Source: Acidobacteriota bacterium (lineage in GTDB: Bacteria; Acidobacteriota; UBA4820; DSQY01). Taken from it: a stretch of DNA of 19,933 bases. Positions 19,072 to 19,933 of the stretch are shown piece after piece. Position numbers and translations under genes: made by a program. The stretch covers positions 1 to 19,933 of the forward strand of contig JBMFSH010000041.1 of NCBI GenBank assembly GCA_049967655.1, written 5' to 3'. The notes under the pieces are model-generated. The model did not search any database and was not told the origin of the DNA. It worked only from the letters and a program-made list of their open reading frames with translations. Each line of letters starts with the position of its first letter. Position 1 is the first letter of the stretch.

Positions 19072-19933
19072 CCTGTCGGCCGCCCTCCTCTTGGGAGTGG
19101 CGGCGGCCGGACAGATCTCCACCTACCCGCCCTCTCCGGAGAACCGTCCCTCCACGGCAGACCTCCTGCCGGCGGCCCGTTTGGCACTCTACTCCGGACG
19201 GGCCGACCGCGCTTATCGGCTCATGCTTTTGGCGCAGCCCGAAGAGGGGGACTCCGCTTCGTGGCTGGATCTCTGCGCCCGCGTGTATCTCGCCCTCGAC
19301 CGCCCCATGCGTATGGCGGACTGCCTCGCCTCCCTGGGCGCATCGGACCCCCGGGCGCTGAAGATGGCGCAGGCCGTGATACAGCGCCTCGGTCCCTCGC
19401 CGCCGCCTGCCGTTCTGACCGTCAAGCCCGCTTCCATACCCCCTTTCGACCGCTCCGTTGCACGGAGGGTCGTGGGAATCGAGCCTGCCCCGGATGGCTC
19501 CGTTTACCTCCTCACGGAAAACGCCCTGATCCGAATCGATCGGACGGGGCGGCAACTGAGTTCCACACCTCTGGCGAGGGGCAGGGACCTGACCCTGGAC
19601 GAGGAGGGAAAGGTCGTGGCCTTGGGGGAGAGCCAGATTCTCTGGGGCGACGCGGTCATCCCCATTCCGGCCGGGTTGGACAAGCCGGTGTCGGTGGCCG
19701 CCTCGCCCGAGGGGAGCCTCATTCTCCTGGACCGCGGAGCCAGAAGGCTGTATCGCCTCGACCGCCACGGCAAGATCCAGGGGAGCGTGGCCCTGAGCCT
19801 CCGCAATCCCGCTTGGGTGCGGGTGGACATGGCCGGGCGCATCTACATCGCCGATAAGAGCTCGGAGGCCGTTTACGTCTTCCGGGCCGACATGAGCCCC
19901 CTCAGGGACATGGACCCGGCCGCGGAGGGCCAC
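19019..19933 (+). CDS. Partial secreted protein with a helical N-terminal region and NHL-like beta-propeller (3' end outside window)
   Basis: My translation is open to the window end: (M)TKAGWWISTRATWKSLSLSAALLLGVAAAGQ...LDKPVSVAASPEGSLILLDRGARRLYRLDRHG...LRNPAWVRVDMAGRIYIADKSSEAVYVF. The start (GTG 19019) is uncertain. Confidence 0.8.
   Translation, partial: MTKAGWWISTRATWKSLSLSAALLLGVAAAGQISTYPPSPENRPSTADLLPAARLALYSGRADRAYRLMLLAQPEEGDSASWLDLCARVYLALDRPMRMADCLASLGASDPRALKMAQAVIQRLGPSPPPAVLTVKPASIPPFDRSVARRVVGIEPAPDGSVYLLTENALIRIDRTGRQLSSTPLARGRDLTLDEEGKVVALGESQILWGDAVIPIPAGLDKPVSVAASPEGSLILLDRGARRLYRLDRHGKIQGSVALSLRNPAWVRVDMAGRIYIADKSSEAVYVFRADMSPLRDMDPAAEGH

Noticed and set aside
17029..19122. 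697-aa antisense ORF over the kinase, and similar shadow ORFs over clpB, htpX and ftcD
   Set aside because: They lie opposite well-supported genes and have typical antisense composition.

Overview
GC-rich bacterial chromosomal window, mostly housekeeping genes. Left, minus strand: a fused glutamate formiminotransferase/cyclodeaminase (ftcD) and a stand-alone tpiA flanked by 7-nt repeats and REP-like palindromes. Centre, plus strand: the rimP-nusA-infB-rbfA-truB operon with a sigma70-type promoter, a rimP-leader hairpin and a closing hairpin. Then, minus strand: a secreted PQQ-like beta-propeller/Ig-like protein and a clpB-htpX-degP-grpE proteostasis cluster with no dnaK/dnaJ. Right, plus strand: a membrane Ser/Thr kinase with PEGA repeats, overlapped by a secreted NHL-like beta-propeller gene that runs off the window and is absent from the ORF track. 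The most unusual signal is a canonical C2H2 zinc finger in a 72-aa loop insertion in FtcD. A hairpin-dense ~360-nt stretch between tpiA and rimP is unexplained. All calls come from reading motifs by eye; no searches or folding were run. No transposase, CRISPR array, rRNA or tRNA was seen.
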